DNA of 64,000 bases, from assembly GCA_965541585.1 (NCBI GenBank), contig CBEUCH010000004.1:64001-128000 (forward strand), read 5' to 3'. This document shows, piece by piece, positions 49,730 through 59,332 of the stretch. Origin of the DNA: an uncultured bacterium (GTDB lineage: Bacteria > Zixibacteria > MSB-5A5 > UBA10806). The position numbers were made by a program, and so were the translations under genes. Numbering within the stretch: the stretch's first letter is position 1; the number at the start of each line of letters is the position of its first letter. The notes under the pieces are model-generated. The model was not told where the DNA came from, ran no database searches, and worked only from the letters and a program-made list of their open reading frames with translations.

Positions 49730-50446
49730 TTGACAAACAGCGGTCTTTACCCCGAAATATCTATCGTGCCAAGACAACGTATAGAATACCCGGGTCTGAC
49801 AATCACCAACGGCGATGCCGAAAAGCATTTCGATTTCTACGATATCAGGATGCGCGGCTATTATATCGATGCTATAGAGAGTCTCTTTGGACAGAAGAAC
49901 ATCGAGGGTAAAGTGCTTGATATCGGCGGCGGGCCGGGAGTCTTCGGAATGATGCTTTGCGATAAGGCGGAGTTCGCCACAGCGGTCGAGCTGGAGCAAT
50001 CGTCGCTGCTGGTGCGGATCGGCGAGGCCATATCTTCGCGTAACGGTTACGGCAGTAGAATTTCTTTTAAAATCTGGGACGGCAATACGCTTCCCTTTGC
50101 GGATGACACGTTCGATGCCGTTGTCAGCCTTCTTTCGCTTCACCGCTGGAAAAATCCACAGGCGATCTTCCCCGAGATCGAGCGGGTTCGCAAAAAAGAC
50201 AGTCTGGCGCTGATCCGTGATTTCCGCCGGGACCAGTCCTTCCTGCCGTTTTATACGTTCGTTCAAAAAACCAGATTGGCCATGGGCAAAGAGGTAGCTC
50301 TCAACCTCCTGAATTCGTTTAAAGCGTCGTATACCGTAGAAGAAATCGAAGAGATTATAAAAAGGGCGGGCCTGTCAGGTTGGCAAATGGAGAAAAACGG
50401 ACGATTATTGACCGCAAAATCTCCAGCGGATAAAACGGGAGTTTAG
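49730..50446 (+). CDS. Class I SAM-dependent methyltransferase
   Basis: VLDIGGGPG and LPFADDTFDAVVS..SLHRW. Start may be GTG 49766. Confidence 0.8.
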   Translation: MTNSGLYPEISIVPRQRIEYPGLTITNGDAEKHFDFYDIRMRGYYIDAIESLFGQKNIEGKVLDIGGGPGVFGMMLCDKAEFATAVELEQSSLLVRIGEAISSRNGYGSRISFKIWDGNTLPFADDTFDAVVSLLSLHRWKNPQAIFPEIERVRKKDSLALIRDFRRDQSFLPFYTFVQKTRLAMGKEVALNLLNSFKASYTVEEIEEIIKRAGLSGWQMEKNGRLLTAKSPADKTGV

Positions 50447-50504
50447 CGAACGTAAGCAGAACTGAACGGTCCTGGATGTTGATTTCGCAGTTAAGAGGTA
50501 TAGT

Positions 50505-51503
50505 ATGAGGATTCAGCCGCCGCCTCGTTTTTCTCTGGCGCAGTTGCCGACGCCACTGGAGATCTTTCCGCTCTCGCCCGATCCCGGATCGCGGATAGAG
50601 ATTTTTATAAAAAGGGACGATATGACGGGCTCGATCCTGTCCGGGAATAAGATCCGCAAGCTGGAGTTCCTTTTTTACGATCTCATTTCCAAGAAAAAGA
50701 ATATGGTCATAACCTGTGGAGGAGTGCAATCCAACCATTGCCGCGCTGTGGCGGCTCTGTGTGCCGCATCCGGCATCGAATGTCGATTGGTGCTGAAAGG
50801 CAGAGAACCCGGAACGCCGGACGGCAATTATTTTCTCTGCAGGCTTTTCGGAGCGAAGGCTAAATTTATCGCCTCCAAGGAATACGAAGAAAGAGTGGAT
50901 GATATCATGCGGGGTATGGCTCGACGCTTCAAGGCCAGGGGCAAAAGGCCGTATGTTATATCGGAGGGCGGCTCGGATCCTCTCGGCGTCTGGGGGTATA
51001 TCAAGGCGCTGGAGGAAATCAAAAAACAGATCGAAAAGGCGAAAATAGAAATCGATACCATCGCCTGTGCCGTGGGATCCGGGGGCACCTACGCCGGATT
51101 ATATCTCGGAAGCAAAATCACCGGCTGGGATATCAGAATCCTGGGCTTTGCGGTTTCGCGCAGATCGGTATATTCTCAGAAACAGATTTTCGATATATGC
51201 CTCGCCGTGGAAAATGACCTCGGTAGGAATTTGAATATTAATCCTGAAGAATTCGAAATAGACGACCGATTCATCGGACCCGGCTACGGCAAAATCGGCC
51301 CGGTGGAAACCGATTTTATAAAGAAAGTGGCCAGGAACTCAGGCCTAGTACTGGATCCGGCCTACACCTCCAAGGCGCTGCTGGGATTGTTCAGCAGTAT
51401 CACCGAGGGCAGATTTCGCAAGGGCTCCAATATAATTTTCATTCATACCGGCGGGCAATGGGGCTTGCTTCCTTTTCGGGGACGACTTACCGGGAAAAGA
51501 TAA
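50505..51503 (+). CDS. D-cysteine desulfhydrase/ACC deaminase family PLP enzyme
   Basis: KRDD, SGNKIRKLEF, GGVQSNH, GSGGT, LDPAYT.K, HTGG. Confidence 0.9.
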   Translation: MRIQPPPRFSLAQLPTPLEIFPLSPDPGSRIEIFIKRDDMTGSILSGNKIRKLEFLFYDLISKKKNMVITCGGVQSNHCRAVAALCAASGIECRLVLKGREPGTPDGNYFLCRLFGAKAKFIASKEYEERVDDIMRGMARRFKARGKRPYVISEGGSDPLGVWGYIKALEEIKKQIEKAKIEIDTIACAVGSGGTYAGLYLGSKITGWDIRILGFAVSRRSVYSQKQIFDICLAVENDLGRNLNINPEEFEIDDRFIGPGYGKIGPVETDFIKKVARNSGLVLDPAYTSKALLGLFSSITEGRFRKGSNIIFIHTGGQWGLLPFRGRLTGKR

Positions 51504-51718
51504 ATAAAAAAGGTTAAAAATAGAGCCATAATCACTTCATCGACTGCAACAAATAGGCAATTCCATTCATAATATTGTAGTTTTGGCTTGCACAAAAAGC
51601 CATGCCGCAGTATATTGACTTAAAGGCCATGATAAACCTCATTGTGAGGGGTTAATTGCTTGTGGTATAATAAATTACATTTCCTGAAAGACTGCCGGAA
51701 AAGCCGGAAATGCCGGCT

Positions 51719-51736
51719 GGGGCATGAGGTTTGCTT
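51719..51736 (+). promoter_or_regulatory. Putative sigma54 promoter
   Basis: GGCATGAGGTTTGCT has exact GG-N10-GC spacing, about 40 nt upstream of ATG 51776. Confidence 0.5.
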
Positions 51737-51775
51737 TATTCCGGGTGGAAGCGAAAAGTCAAACTCGGGGGATGA

Positions 51776-52396
51776 ATGTTAAGGAATGGTCTTGAAAGAG
51801 GTTTTACAGAGAGAAATCTTCCTCTAACGAAAAATCCTAAGGTGGGAAGGGATAAACTCGGATGGTACATATACACCACCAGCGAAAACGTAAAAGTATA
51901 TTTCGATGATTTCTACAGTTTCCTGGAGAATACCGAGACCAACGGCCTGAGGGAACTCAGAGAGCTTACCGATAAGATTGAATCGACTCAGGAAGAACAG
52001 GAAGAATCCCTGGCCTTCTATCGCGCTAAAAAGATCATATTGGAGCGTCTCTTAAAACATCTCTACCTTTGCTACGCAGACTCCAAGAATCTATCATCCA
52101 TTATGACTCCCTGGTGTTTCGGCACGGTTGTTCTGGAGAAGATCGAGATATACCGCGACCGGATTTCCAAGGGCCTGGTGCAGGACGCCAACATACCGGA
52201 ATACCCGTTTTATGTCCTGCAGTATATCGATGAGATCTACAAGAGGACCCTGCTCGATCTGCTCAAGTTTCCGGAGAAGGCGCTTTCCATGCGCTGGCAG
52301 TATTCGGAGCTATTGAAGCGCTACAGCAAGGTGCTTTCGAATGTAACAAACTCGCTTCAAAGCGTTTTGACCATGATAAAAAGCTACGGACGATAA
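51776..52396 (+). CDS. Hypothetical helical protein
   Basis: 206-aa ORF with a purine-rich RBS and its own terminator; no family recognised. Confidence 0.75.
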   Translation: MLRNGLERGFTERNLPLTKNPKVGRDKLGWYIYTTSENVKVYFDDFYSFLENTETNGLRELRELTDKIESTQEEQEESLAFYRAKKIILERLLKHLYLCYADSKNLSSIMTPWCFGTVVLEKIEIYRDRISKGLVQDANIPEYPFYVLQYIDEIYKRTLLDLLKFPEKALSMRWQYSELLKRYSKVLSNVTNSLQSVLTMIKSYGR

Positions 52397-52426
52397 ATTT
52401 TCTCTTCCCCCTCTGGTTTTTGGGTT

Positions 52427-52457
52427 GCCCCGCTGCATGATGTGGCGGGGCTTTTTT
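52427..52457 (+). terminator. Intrinsic terminator
   Basis: GCCCCGCTGCA-TGA-TGTGGCGGGGC followed by T6. Confidence 0.85.
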
Positions 52458-52541
52458 ATGTGATACCGGTTACCGCGTGCCCGGCGTGATTCACACTTTC
52501 AATCATACTATTTCGTTTCTGTCGCGGGCACATGCGCAGTT

Positions 52542-52994
52542 TTACACAAGCCGATCGCTATGAGATTTGCGGCGGACGGTTCCGCCGACTACCAGGGCGG
52601 CGCTGATGAGGATCAGATTTTTTATGATATACTGACCCTCGAGCGTCAACCCCAGGGGAAATTGCGCAAAACAAACGTCCGGTAGAAGTATCAAGGGCAG
52701 CATAGTGCCCGGCATCTGCAAAAAAAGCAGCAGGATAGAAACGCGGATCAGCGGTCTGATCAATAGCCCGATACCGATAGCTACCTCCCACCACCCCAGC
52801 ACAGGAACGAAAATTTCAGGCTGGAACCAGTAAACGGTTCGTCTCACCAGTTCTTCGGCCGGACTCATGCCCAGAAATTTCAAAGCGCCAAACCAGATAA
52901 ATATAACCGCCAGCGAAATTCTGAGAAAGAGACGGCCGTATTTATCCATAAAGCCGGAAATGCGCCGGTCTATACTGTTGAGTGGTTCAATCAT
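52542..52994 (-). CDS. DoxX-family membrane protein
   Basis: LRISLAVIFIWFGALKF and GQYIIKN motifs. Confidence 0.8.
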   Translation of the reverse strand: MIEPLNSIDRRISGFMDKYGRLFLRISLAVIFIWFGALKFLGMSPAEELVRRTVYWFQPEIFVPVLGWWEVAIGIGLLIRPLIRVSILLLFLQMPGTMLPLILLPDVCFAQFPLGLTLEGQYIIKNLILISAALVVGGTVRRKSHSDRLV

Positions 52995-53029
52995 CTACTG
53001 CTGTCCCCGATTTTGGAGGAGCGGCTTTT

Positions 53030-56000
53030 TTATTTTATCGGCCAGCCACCATGTTTGTCGATTGTTTTATCTATTGCAGCCATGATGCGGATGGTTTCTG
53101 ATAAAGCTGAAACTATGTTTTGATAGTGCTTAATATCGTCGTACGACAATTTTCGCCCTTTGCGATCTTTCAACCACTTCCGGCAAACCTGATAACCGCC
53201 TATATGGAAACCCCAAACTTCAAGCGGGACATTTACGAAATATTGTTCGTTGTTTATCCATACTCGCCCTTTATCGGCACCCTGGCCAGGTTCAGTGTAT
53301 CGAACTTTTTCTACCTGATGCTCGCCTTTAATCGGATATGATGTCATTTCAGGCCCATAGTTTTCAATGAGGTGCAACCCAACCAATTGACCCCCTAATT
53401 TGCAAAGAGCACGAAACAGGGCCGGTTTTGAAGTCGGCGGCAAACGAGGAAAATCTATCTTCAAGAATTCCGCGTATCTTTTTCTGTATGTTGGCGAATG
53501 AAAAACCGCATAAATATAATTAAATACGTCCTCAGGGCCAAAAGTCTTTTTCAAATCGCCTTTACCATCTTGAACAAATTTCATTTTTATTTTCTTTGAT
53601 AATTCACCAGTAAATTCCGGCGCAAGATTCGGCTTGCGGCCCCCTAGAGAATCGTCTTGCGTATCTGAAATAAATAAATCATTCTTTGAAGGATCGGGAT
53701 ATATGTATAGTGGAAAGATATATGATTGCGTTGTCCGTTCGCCGCATTTTGCCTCTGTAATTCTATTTGTGCAAAAAAAATGGTTGGCTTCTGTCGATTT
53801 ATTAGATCTTGCTGAAATTAGGGCTATATTTTTAGCGCCTAGTATATGCCGCATTACTTTAAGCCTACGACGAGTAACTAGTATTTTATCATACAATACA
53901 TATCTGTTATCAAATGGTCTGAAAAGAAGTTCCTTTATATTGATGTTCGCCAATTCAAGATCTTTGGCGATTCTCCTTGACTCCTCAATCTTAAATTGGA
54001 TTGCTTTTTCGTCATTCCCTGTAACGATTCCTACCGATTTCACTTTTAGTATTCTATTAATCTGCAAGTATATTCTAAACTCATCTTCAAGCCTATCATC
54101 TTTCGCAGTAAATGTATAGAAAGGCGTTTTGGGATTAATGATGTTAAATGCGTCGATTGCTGTATTATTTTCAAAAAGCCAAAAATATTTACCGCCGATA
54201 AGTATCTTATCAGTATTAGAGTTTTCAGCAAATTTCTCCCGAACACCCCATAGATCAGCCTTTTTAACTGAACATTTATTTTGATCCGCTGATAGCTTTT
54301 TTACATAAATGGCTATAGCAACGCCTTGCTTTATATCAAAAACATTTTCGTCTTTCGTCCCATCGGGGCATTTTTCTTTCTTCTGGGCATTTCCATGTAG
54401 ATCCAAAATATAAGCATCATCAAAGGTTCTCATTAAGCTCTGCCGCATACCCCTGAAAGTAGGATTGTCAAGATATCCATGATTTGTGATAAAAGCTAAA
54501 ATACCATAACCAGTCTGCTCTATTCGCCATTGAGCGAATCTTATAAATTTGACATAATCGTCTTGAAGCCATTTTGGGTTTTTCTCTTCAATCCAATCAC
54601 CATCGCAAATAAAATAATCTTTTATAAGTCTCCCGATAAATGTAGGATGTATTCTGTTCCTTAAGTTCCTTTTCGCTATTTTAGTTATTGGGATCGCGTA
54701 GGAAGCATTCTTTATGCCCCAATCATCTATATACTTTTCTCCCTTAGTGATTTCCTTTGAGATATAACTCATGTTCATTGAATGTTTTTTATATGGCGGG
54801 TTACCTAAAATAACCATTACGGGAGCTTCGCTCTTAATCTTACCCGCTTCGTTCGCCTCTTCGGCAATCCAATTAGCAAAAGGCAAATGACCCGCCTCGA
54901 ACGATTCTTCAAGTGTGTTAGTTAAATAAATCCGCAAACGTTCTTTTGCTTTAAAATCATATCCCAATTCTTTCAACTGCAGGTCTAATTTCATATGCGC
55001 AACGGCATAGGGGGCAATCAATAATTCGAACCCAAAAAGACGAGGGAGCAAATGTTCGGAAACATAGCTGCACCAGATACCGCTTTGACCTTTATCTACA
55101 ATATGTTCGTGTATGTGGTCTATAACCCCATGCAAAAAGGTGCCGGTGCCGACAGCGGGATCTAGAATAAGAACCCTATGGCATTCCCCTTTTTTAATCT
55201 TTTTCTTTATACCGTTATGGTCTTTTTTGTTTTCGTAAATAGGAATTTTGGATGTGTCCGCCAGACCGTCTTTTAAGCCAAAATCTTTCTTGAGAATATG
55301 ATCAACGCTTCTAACAATAAAAGACACAACCGGCTCAGGCGTATAATAAACGCCTCTGGACACCCTCATATTAGGGTTATAAGCGGCGAGGAAAGATTCA
55401 TAAAAATGAACGACTGGATCTTCTCTCCGTGTTCTTTTGCCGAAATCCCTGACAATTGCCTCAATATCGGCTTTATCCAATATTCTAGCCAGGTCATCAA
55501 CCGCCCAGGTAATTCTATTGTCTAACTCCGGCCCGGCAATGTGCCCAAACATCTTTCTCAGAAATGGATTTGTTTTAGGTAATTCAAAGGTAGCTTTTTC
55601 TCTGGTAAAAGGCTCTTTTCCTTTGTGATTACATACCGCGGCGAACAATCCGTAGCATATCGTCTGCGCATACATATCCGCGAATTGGTCTCCGGAAAGA
55701 TCATGGATCAAGACCTTTTTAAAACCTTCCATTTGCTCGCGAAGATTCCCCCCCTTGTCATCGTCGCTCAACGCTTTCAAAATAATATCATGAATTAACT
55801 GAGCAATAGAGGCCATCTTTTTGGCTAGGGCGATGGGGCTATCAACAGAAACTGTTTCTGTTTCTAAAAACGCCGAAATTAGCTTAAAAAATTCGTCGCC
55901 TTTTTCTTTTTCAAACCTGATTTTACCGCTATCCGTCTCTTGGGCTATCCGAACCACCAGCCTTTTTTCGCCGTTATAGAACCACCTGAATTCGAGATAA

Positions 56001-56332
56001 TCGGTGAAAATAAGATTCGATAAACTGCCGAGATACCGCTTAAGCTGTTTGCCATCGGCAGTTTTTGGATTGGCTTTTTTCGCGTCCGCTTCTATTGCCT
56101 GTAATGATTTTCCTATATCCTTTGTCTCAATATATCCTAGCGGCACAATCCCTTTAGTAATAATAAAATCAGGCGCCCCGCATTTTATTCTCTTAGGCTC
56201 GTTGGTTGCCGTAATATCATCACCTAGAGCCTCAATAAGTTTTTCCAGCGTGGATCTATAAGTGTGTTCAGAGGCATCGCCCCTTGCCAACTTCGTTGCA
56301 ATAGATTTCAGGTAAGTTCTTATGACATCCAT
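53030..56332 (-). CDS. Single-chain restriction-modification enzyme (type IIG/ISP-like: nuclease, N6-adenine MTase, specificity domain)
   Basis: PDF...YIETK nuclease motif; GVYYTP; LDPAVGTGTF; GNPPY; C-terminal DFPRLP and IGGYQV..KWLKDR; visibly AT-richer than flanks. Confidence 0.88.
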   Translation of the reverse strand: MDVIRTYLKSIATKLARGDASEHTYRSTLEKLIEALGDDITATNEPKRIKCGAPDFIITKGIVPLGYIETKDIGKSLQAIEADAKKANPKTADGKQLKRYLGSLSNLIFTDYLEFRWFYNGEKRLVVRIAQETDSGKIRFEKEKGDEFFKLISAFLETETVSVDSPIALAKKMASIAQLIHDIILKALSDDDKGGNLREQMEGFKKVLIHDLSGDQFADMYAQTICYGLFAAVCNHKGKEPFTREKATFELPKTNPFLRKMFGHIAGPELDNRITWAVDDLARILDKADIEAIVRDFGKRTRREDPVVHFYESFLAAYNPNMRVSRGVYYTPEPVVSFIVRSVDHILKKDFGLKDGLADTSKIPIYENKKDHNGIKKKIKKGECHRVLILDPAVGTGTFLHGVIDHIHEHIVDKGQSGIWCSYVSEHLLPRLFGFELLIAPYAVAHMKLDLQLKELGYDFKAKERLRIYLTNTLEESFEAGHLPFANWIAEEANEAGKIKSEAPVMVILGNPPYKKHSMNMSYISKEITKGEKYIDDWGIKNASYAIPITKIAKRNLRNRIHPTFIGRLIKDYFICDGDWIEEKNPKWLQDDYVKFIRFAQWRIEQTGYGILAFITNHGYLDNPTFRGMRQSLMRTFDDAYILDLHGNAQKKEKCPDGTKDENVFDIKQGVAIAIYVKKLSADQNKCSVKKADLWGVREKFAENSNTDKILIGGKYFWLFENNTAIDAFNIINPKTPFYTFTAKDDRLEDEFRIYLQINRILKVKSVGIVTGNDEKAIQFKIEESRRIAKDLELANINIKELLFRPFDNRYVLYDKILVTRRRLKVMRHILGAKNIALISARSNKSTEANHFFCTNRITEAKCGERTTQSYIFPLYIYPDPSKNDLFISDTQDDSLGGRKPNLAPEFTGELSKKIKMKFVQDGKGDLKKTFGPEDVFNYIYAVFHSPTYRKRYAEFLKIDFPRLPPTSKPALFRALCKLGGQLVGLHLIENYGPEMTSYPIKGEHQVEKVRYTEPGQGADKGRVWINNEQYFVNVPLEVWGFHIGGYQVCRKWLKDRKGRKLSYDDIKHYQNIVSALSETIRIMAAIDKTIDKHGGWPIK

Positions 56333-56400
56333 AATTATAATAGCATCATAAGCTTTAGAAGCTAAAAGTTCAAGCTATATTTATGCTTCGCCTATTCCCA

Positions 56401-56429
56401 TTGACGTCCCCAATTTCATCCGCTATCTT
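56401..56429 (+). promoter_or_regulatory. Putative sigma70 promoter of cobB
   Basis: TTGACG-17 bp-TATCTT ending 9 nt before the ATG. Confidence 0.55.
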
Positions 56430-56438
56430 TCAATTCGC

Positions 56439-57185
56439 ATGGAGATCGAATTCTCAGAGAAGTTTTTGCGGGTTCTAAAGGATGCCAGATCGGTGGCCGT
56501 CTCCACCGGCGCGGGGGTCTCCGCCGAATCGGGAGTGCCGACATTCCGTGGCGAGGACGGCCTCTGGAAGAAATTCCGGGCTGAGGAGCTGGCGACCTTC
56601 GACGCTTTCCAGGCCAATCCCGACCTGGTCTGGGAGTGGTATCAATACCGGCGGGAGATAATAAATAAAATCAAACCGAACCCCGGCCATCATGCCATCG
56701 CCGAACTGAAAAACCTCTTCGATAACTTCCAGCTTATTACACAGAACGTTGACGGTCTCCATCGGGCCGCCGGTTCTGAGGATATCATAGAGCTTCACGG
56801 TAATATCAAGCGCAACCGCTGCTTGGAATGTGGCGAAATCAACTACGACGAGGAGTTCGATCAGTTTCCGCCTCTATGTAATTGCGGCGGACGGCTTCGC
56901 CCGGATGTCGTCTGGTTCGGCGAACTTCTGCCGGCGGGCGCGCTGGAAAAGGCATACGACGCCGCAAAAAACTGCGACCTGTTTTTCACCGTGGGAACCT
57001 CGGGAGTTGTTCAGCCGGCGGCGTCATTGCCTCCCACTGCCAGACAGCACGGCGCTTTCGTGGTGGAAATAAATATCGAAGCTACCGAGCTGACTTTCAT
57101 AGTCGATCAGCACTTTCGCGGTAAATCGGGGGAGGTTTTACCAGCCATAGTCAATAAAATCAAAGAATTGAGGGGTCTGAAATGA
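56439..57185 (+). CDS. cobB: NAD-dependent protein deacylase (class III sirtuin)
   Basis: GAGVSAESGVPTFRG, TQNVDGLH, LHG, RPDVVWFGE, GTSG; Y-x2-R motif in WYQYRR. Confidence 0.93.
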   Translation: MEIEFSEKFLRVLKDARSVAVSTGAGVSAESGVPTFRGEDGLWKKFRAEELATFDAFQANPDLVWEWYQYRREIINKIKPNPGHHAIAELKNLFDNFQLITQNVDGLHRAAGSEDIIELHGNIKRNRCLECGEINYDEEFDQFPPLCNCGGRLRPDVVWFGELLPAGALEKAYDAAKNCDLFFTVGTSGVVQPAASLPPTARQHGAFVVEINIEATELTFIVDQHFRGKSGEVLPAIVNKIKELRGLK

Positions 57186-57928
57186 ATCCGGATATATTAA
57201 AAAAACTCTCGCATCTGCCAGATAAGAGCCGGGATACGGTGGCGACCTTTGCAGATAAGATCGCAAAGGCCTTTGGAGAGCAGTTATATTCCATGATATT
57301 ATTCGGCTCGGCCGCCGGGCATGACTATATCGAGGCCAAATCCGATATCAACACCATGATAATCCTGACCTCGGTGCGTGTGGCGGACCTGGAGATAATT
57401 ATGGAGATTGGCCAGAAACATGCACGCAAGGGGTTGGCCGTTCCGTTGGTGTTTGAGAAGGGCCACGTTGTATCATCGCTCGATACGTTTCCCATTGAGT
57501 TTTCCGATATGAAACAGCGGCATATATTGCTTTATGGTGAAGACCCACTCGAAAAGGCCACCATAGAGAAAAAGAACCTTCGCTACCAGTGCGAGAGAGA
57601 GTTAAAATCGATTCTGGTTAACCTGCGGCGCGGTTTTCTGAGAACCGAAGCTAAACGAGAGCATATCGAGAATCTCCTGGAGGATTCGTTATCGTCGGTG
57701 CTGGCAGCCTGCCGCGGGATGATCTGGATGGCGGACAAGATCCCCCATAACGATGCCTCCGAACTGTTAGGCGATATCCGCAGCATATACAATTGCGATA
57801 CCACAGCTATCGACCGTGTCTGGCGTCTGCGCAAGGGGCAATCCGGCGCCACCGCCATGCTGGAGGCTCTATTCGAGGATTACATTGTCAATATCGCAGA
57901 TCTGGCGACGGTGGTGGATAAGCATTGA
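57182..57928 (+). CDS. Nucleotidyltransferase-domain protein
   Basis: LFGSAAG.DY...SDIN motif; DTFPIEF; ATGA overlap with cobB. Confidence 0.75.
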   Translation: MNPDILKKLSHLPDKSRDTVATFADKIAKAFGEQLYSMILFGSAAGHDYIEAKSDINTMIILTSVRVADLEIIMEIGQKHARKGLAVPLVFEKGHVVSSLDTFPIEFSDMKQRHILLYGEDPLEKATIEKKNLRYQCERELKSILVNLRRGFLRTEAKREHIENLLEDSLSSVLAACRGMIWMADKIPHNDASELLGDIRSIYNCDTTAIDRVWRLRKGQSGATAMLEALFEDYIVNIADLATVVDKH

Positions 57929-57932
57929 GAGA

Positions 57933-58324
57933 GTAGGTCGGGTTCCGAAGGTTTTTTGTAGGTCGGCATTTTAATGCCGACACCGGGATGCGGGCAATAA
58001 ATTACCCGCCTACAGATTTTGTCATGCCGTACTTGTCCGAACGGATCCGTAGGAATCCGGCATCCATTCTTGCCTGAAATATAGATTCTTTCCCTTCGGG
58101 AATCTTCTATTACGCAGTATTTGTAGGTCAAGACCCCTGCGGTCTTGACTACCTGTTGTCAAATCCCAGAGGATTTGACCTACCATCGCTAAAGATACTT
58201 AACAAGCAATATCAGATACCGCCTGCGAAGGATGTGTATCTGGACGAGATTAGAATATAGGTTTTTTGTAGGTCGGCATTTTAATGCCGACACCCTGGAT
58301 GCGGGCAATAAATTACCCGCCTAC
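57933..58324. repeat. Cluster of GTAG-type REP/REPIN-like palindromes
   Basis: About 65-bp direct repeat at 57949-58013 and 58259-58324, and a different GTAGG...CCTAC doublet at 58123-58183. Confidence 0.8.
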
Positions 58325-58378
58325 TTTCCTGTTAGGTGCGTCTTTACGAATTACATATAAGTATGTATATTTGGTAAT

Positions 58379-59293
58379 ATGAAAGTACTTTCCCCCGAAT
58401 CCAAGATCTCCCTCCTCGAAGAGCGCACGCCCGGCGCCCTCGAGCTTTTGAAAAGCTGCACGGTCTGCCCGCGAAACTGCGAGATCGATCGCATTCAGGG
58501 CGAGACCAGCCATTGCGGTGTCGATGCCCGGTTAAAGGTGTCATCGATTAACCTTCATTTCGGCGAGGAGCCGCCCGTATCCGGCGTCCACGGCTCGGGG
58601 ACGATATTTCTTTCCGGATGCAACCTAAAATGCGTCTACTGCCAGAACTACCCCATCAGCCAGCTTCGTCACGGTGAATATGTTACAACAGAACAGTTGG
58701 CCGACGGTATGCTGGAGCTGGAGAAAGGCGGCGCGCATAATATCAATTTCGTGACGCCCACCCATTATGTGCCGCAGCTTATGGAGGCGATGCTTCTGGC
58801 CTACAAGCGCGGGCTGACTTTGCCGATAGTCTATAATTCATCCGGCTATGATAAGGTCGAAACGTTGAAACTGCTCGATGGCATAGTCGAGATATATATG
58901 CCGGATATGCGCTATTCCAGCGAGGAATCGGCGCAATGCTACTCCAGCGCCGATAATTATCCCGAAATCAACCGGGCTGCTATCAGTGAGATGGATCGGC
59001 AGGTCGGGGATCTCATTCTCGACGATCACGGTGTCGCCGTGCAGGGCCTTCTGGTGCGACATCTGGTATTGCCGCATGGCATATCCGGATCGGAGGCGAT
59101 CTTTAGGTTCCTGGCGGAAAAAATCTCTAAGAATACTTACGTTTCTTTAATGAGCCAGTATTTTCCGGCCCATAAGGCGACATCGCTGGAAAAGCTGAAC
59201 CGTCGGTTACTTAGGGACGAGTACAGGACAGTGCTTGAGGCCTTCGACCGGGCCGGGCTCCATAGCGGCTATGCCCAGCCGTCTCCCCGGTGA
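58379..59293 (+). CDS. pflX: Radical SAM protein, PflX family
   Basis: CTVCPRNC, HFGEEP, GSGTIF, CNLKCVYCQN, VRHLVLP. Confidence 0.88.
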   Translation: MKVLSPESKISLLEERTPGALELLKSCTVCPRNCEIDRIQGETSHCGVDARLKVSSINLHFGEEPPVSGVHGSGTIFLSGCNLKCVYCQNYPISQLRHGEYVTTEQLADGMLELEKGGAHNINFVTPTHYVPQLMEAMLLAYKRGLTLPIVYNSSGYDKVETLKLLDGIVEIYMPDMRYSSEESAQCYSSADNYPEINRAAISEMDRQVGDLILDDHGVAVQGLLVRHLVLPHGISGSEAIFRFLAEKISKNTYVSLMSQYFPAHKATSLEKLNRRLLRDEYRTVLEAFDRAGLHSGYAQPSPR

Positions 59294-59332
59294 TTCATAT
59301 CTATAATCGAAAACCGTATTGAAATTATTAGA

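Noticed and set aside
53030..57928. Sir2-based anti-phage system (Thoeris/DSR-like) beside the R-M gene
   Set aside because: The sirtuin has the size, Zn-binding Cys and motifs of housekeeping CobB and lacks defence-associated partner domains.
57933..58324. CRISPR array
   Set aside because: Only two long repeats 310 bp apart, no regular repeat-spacer period, and no cas genes.
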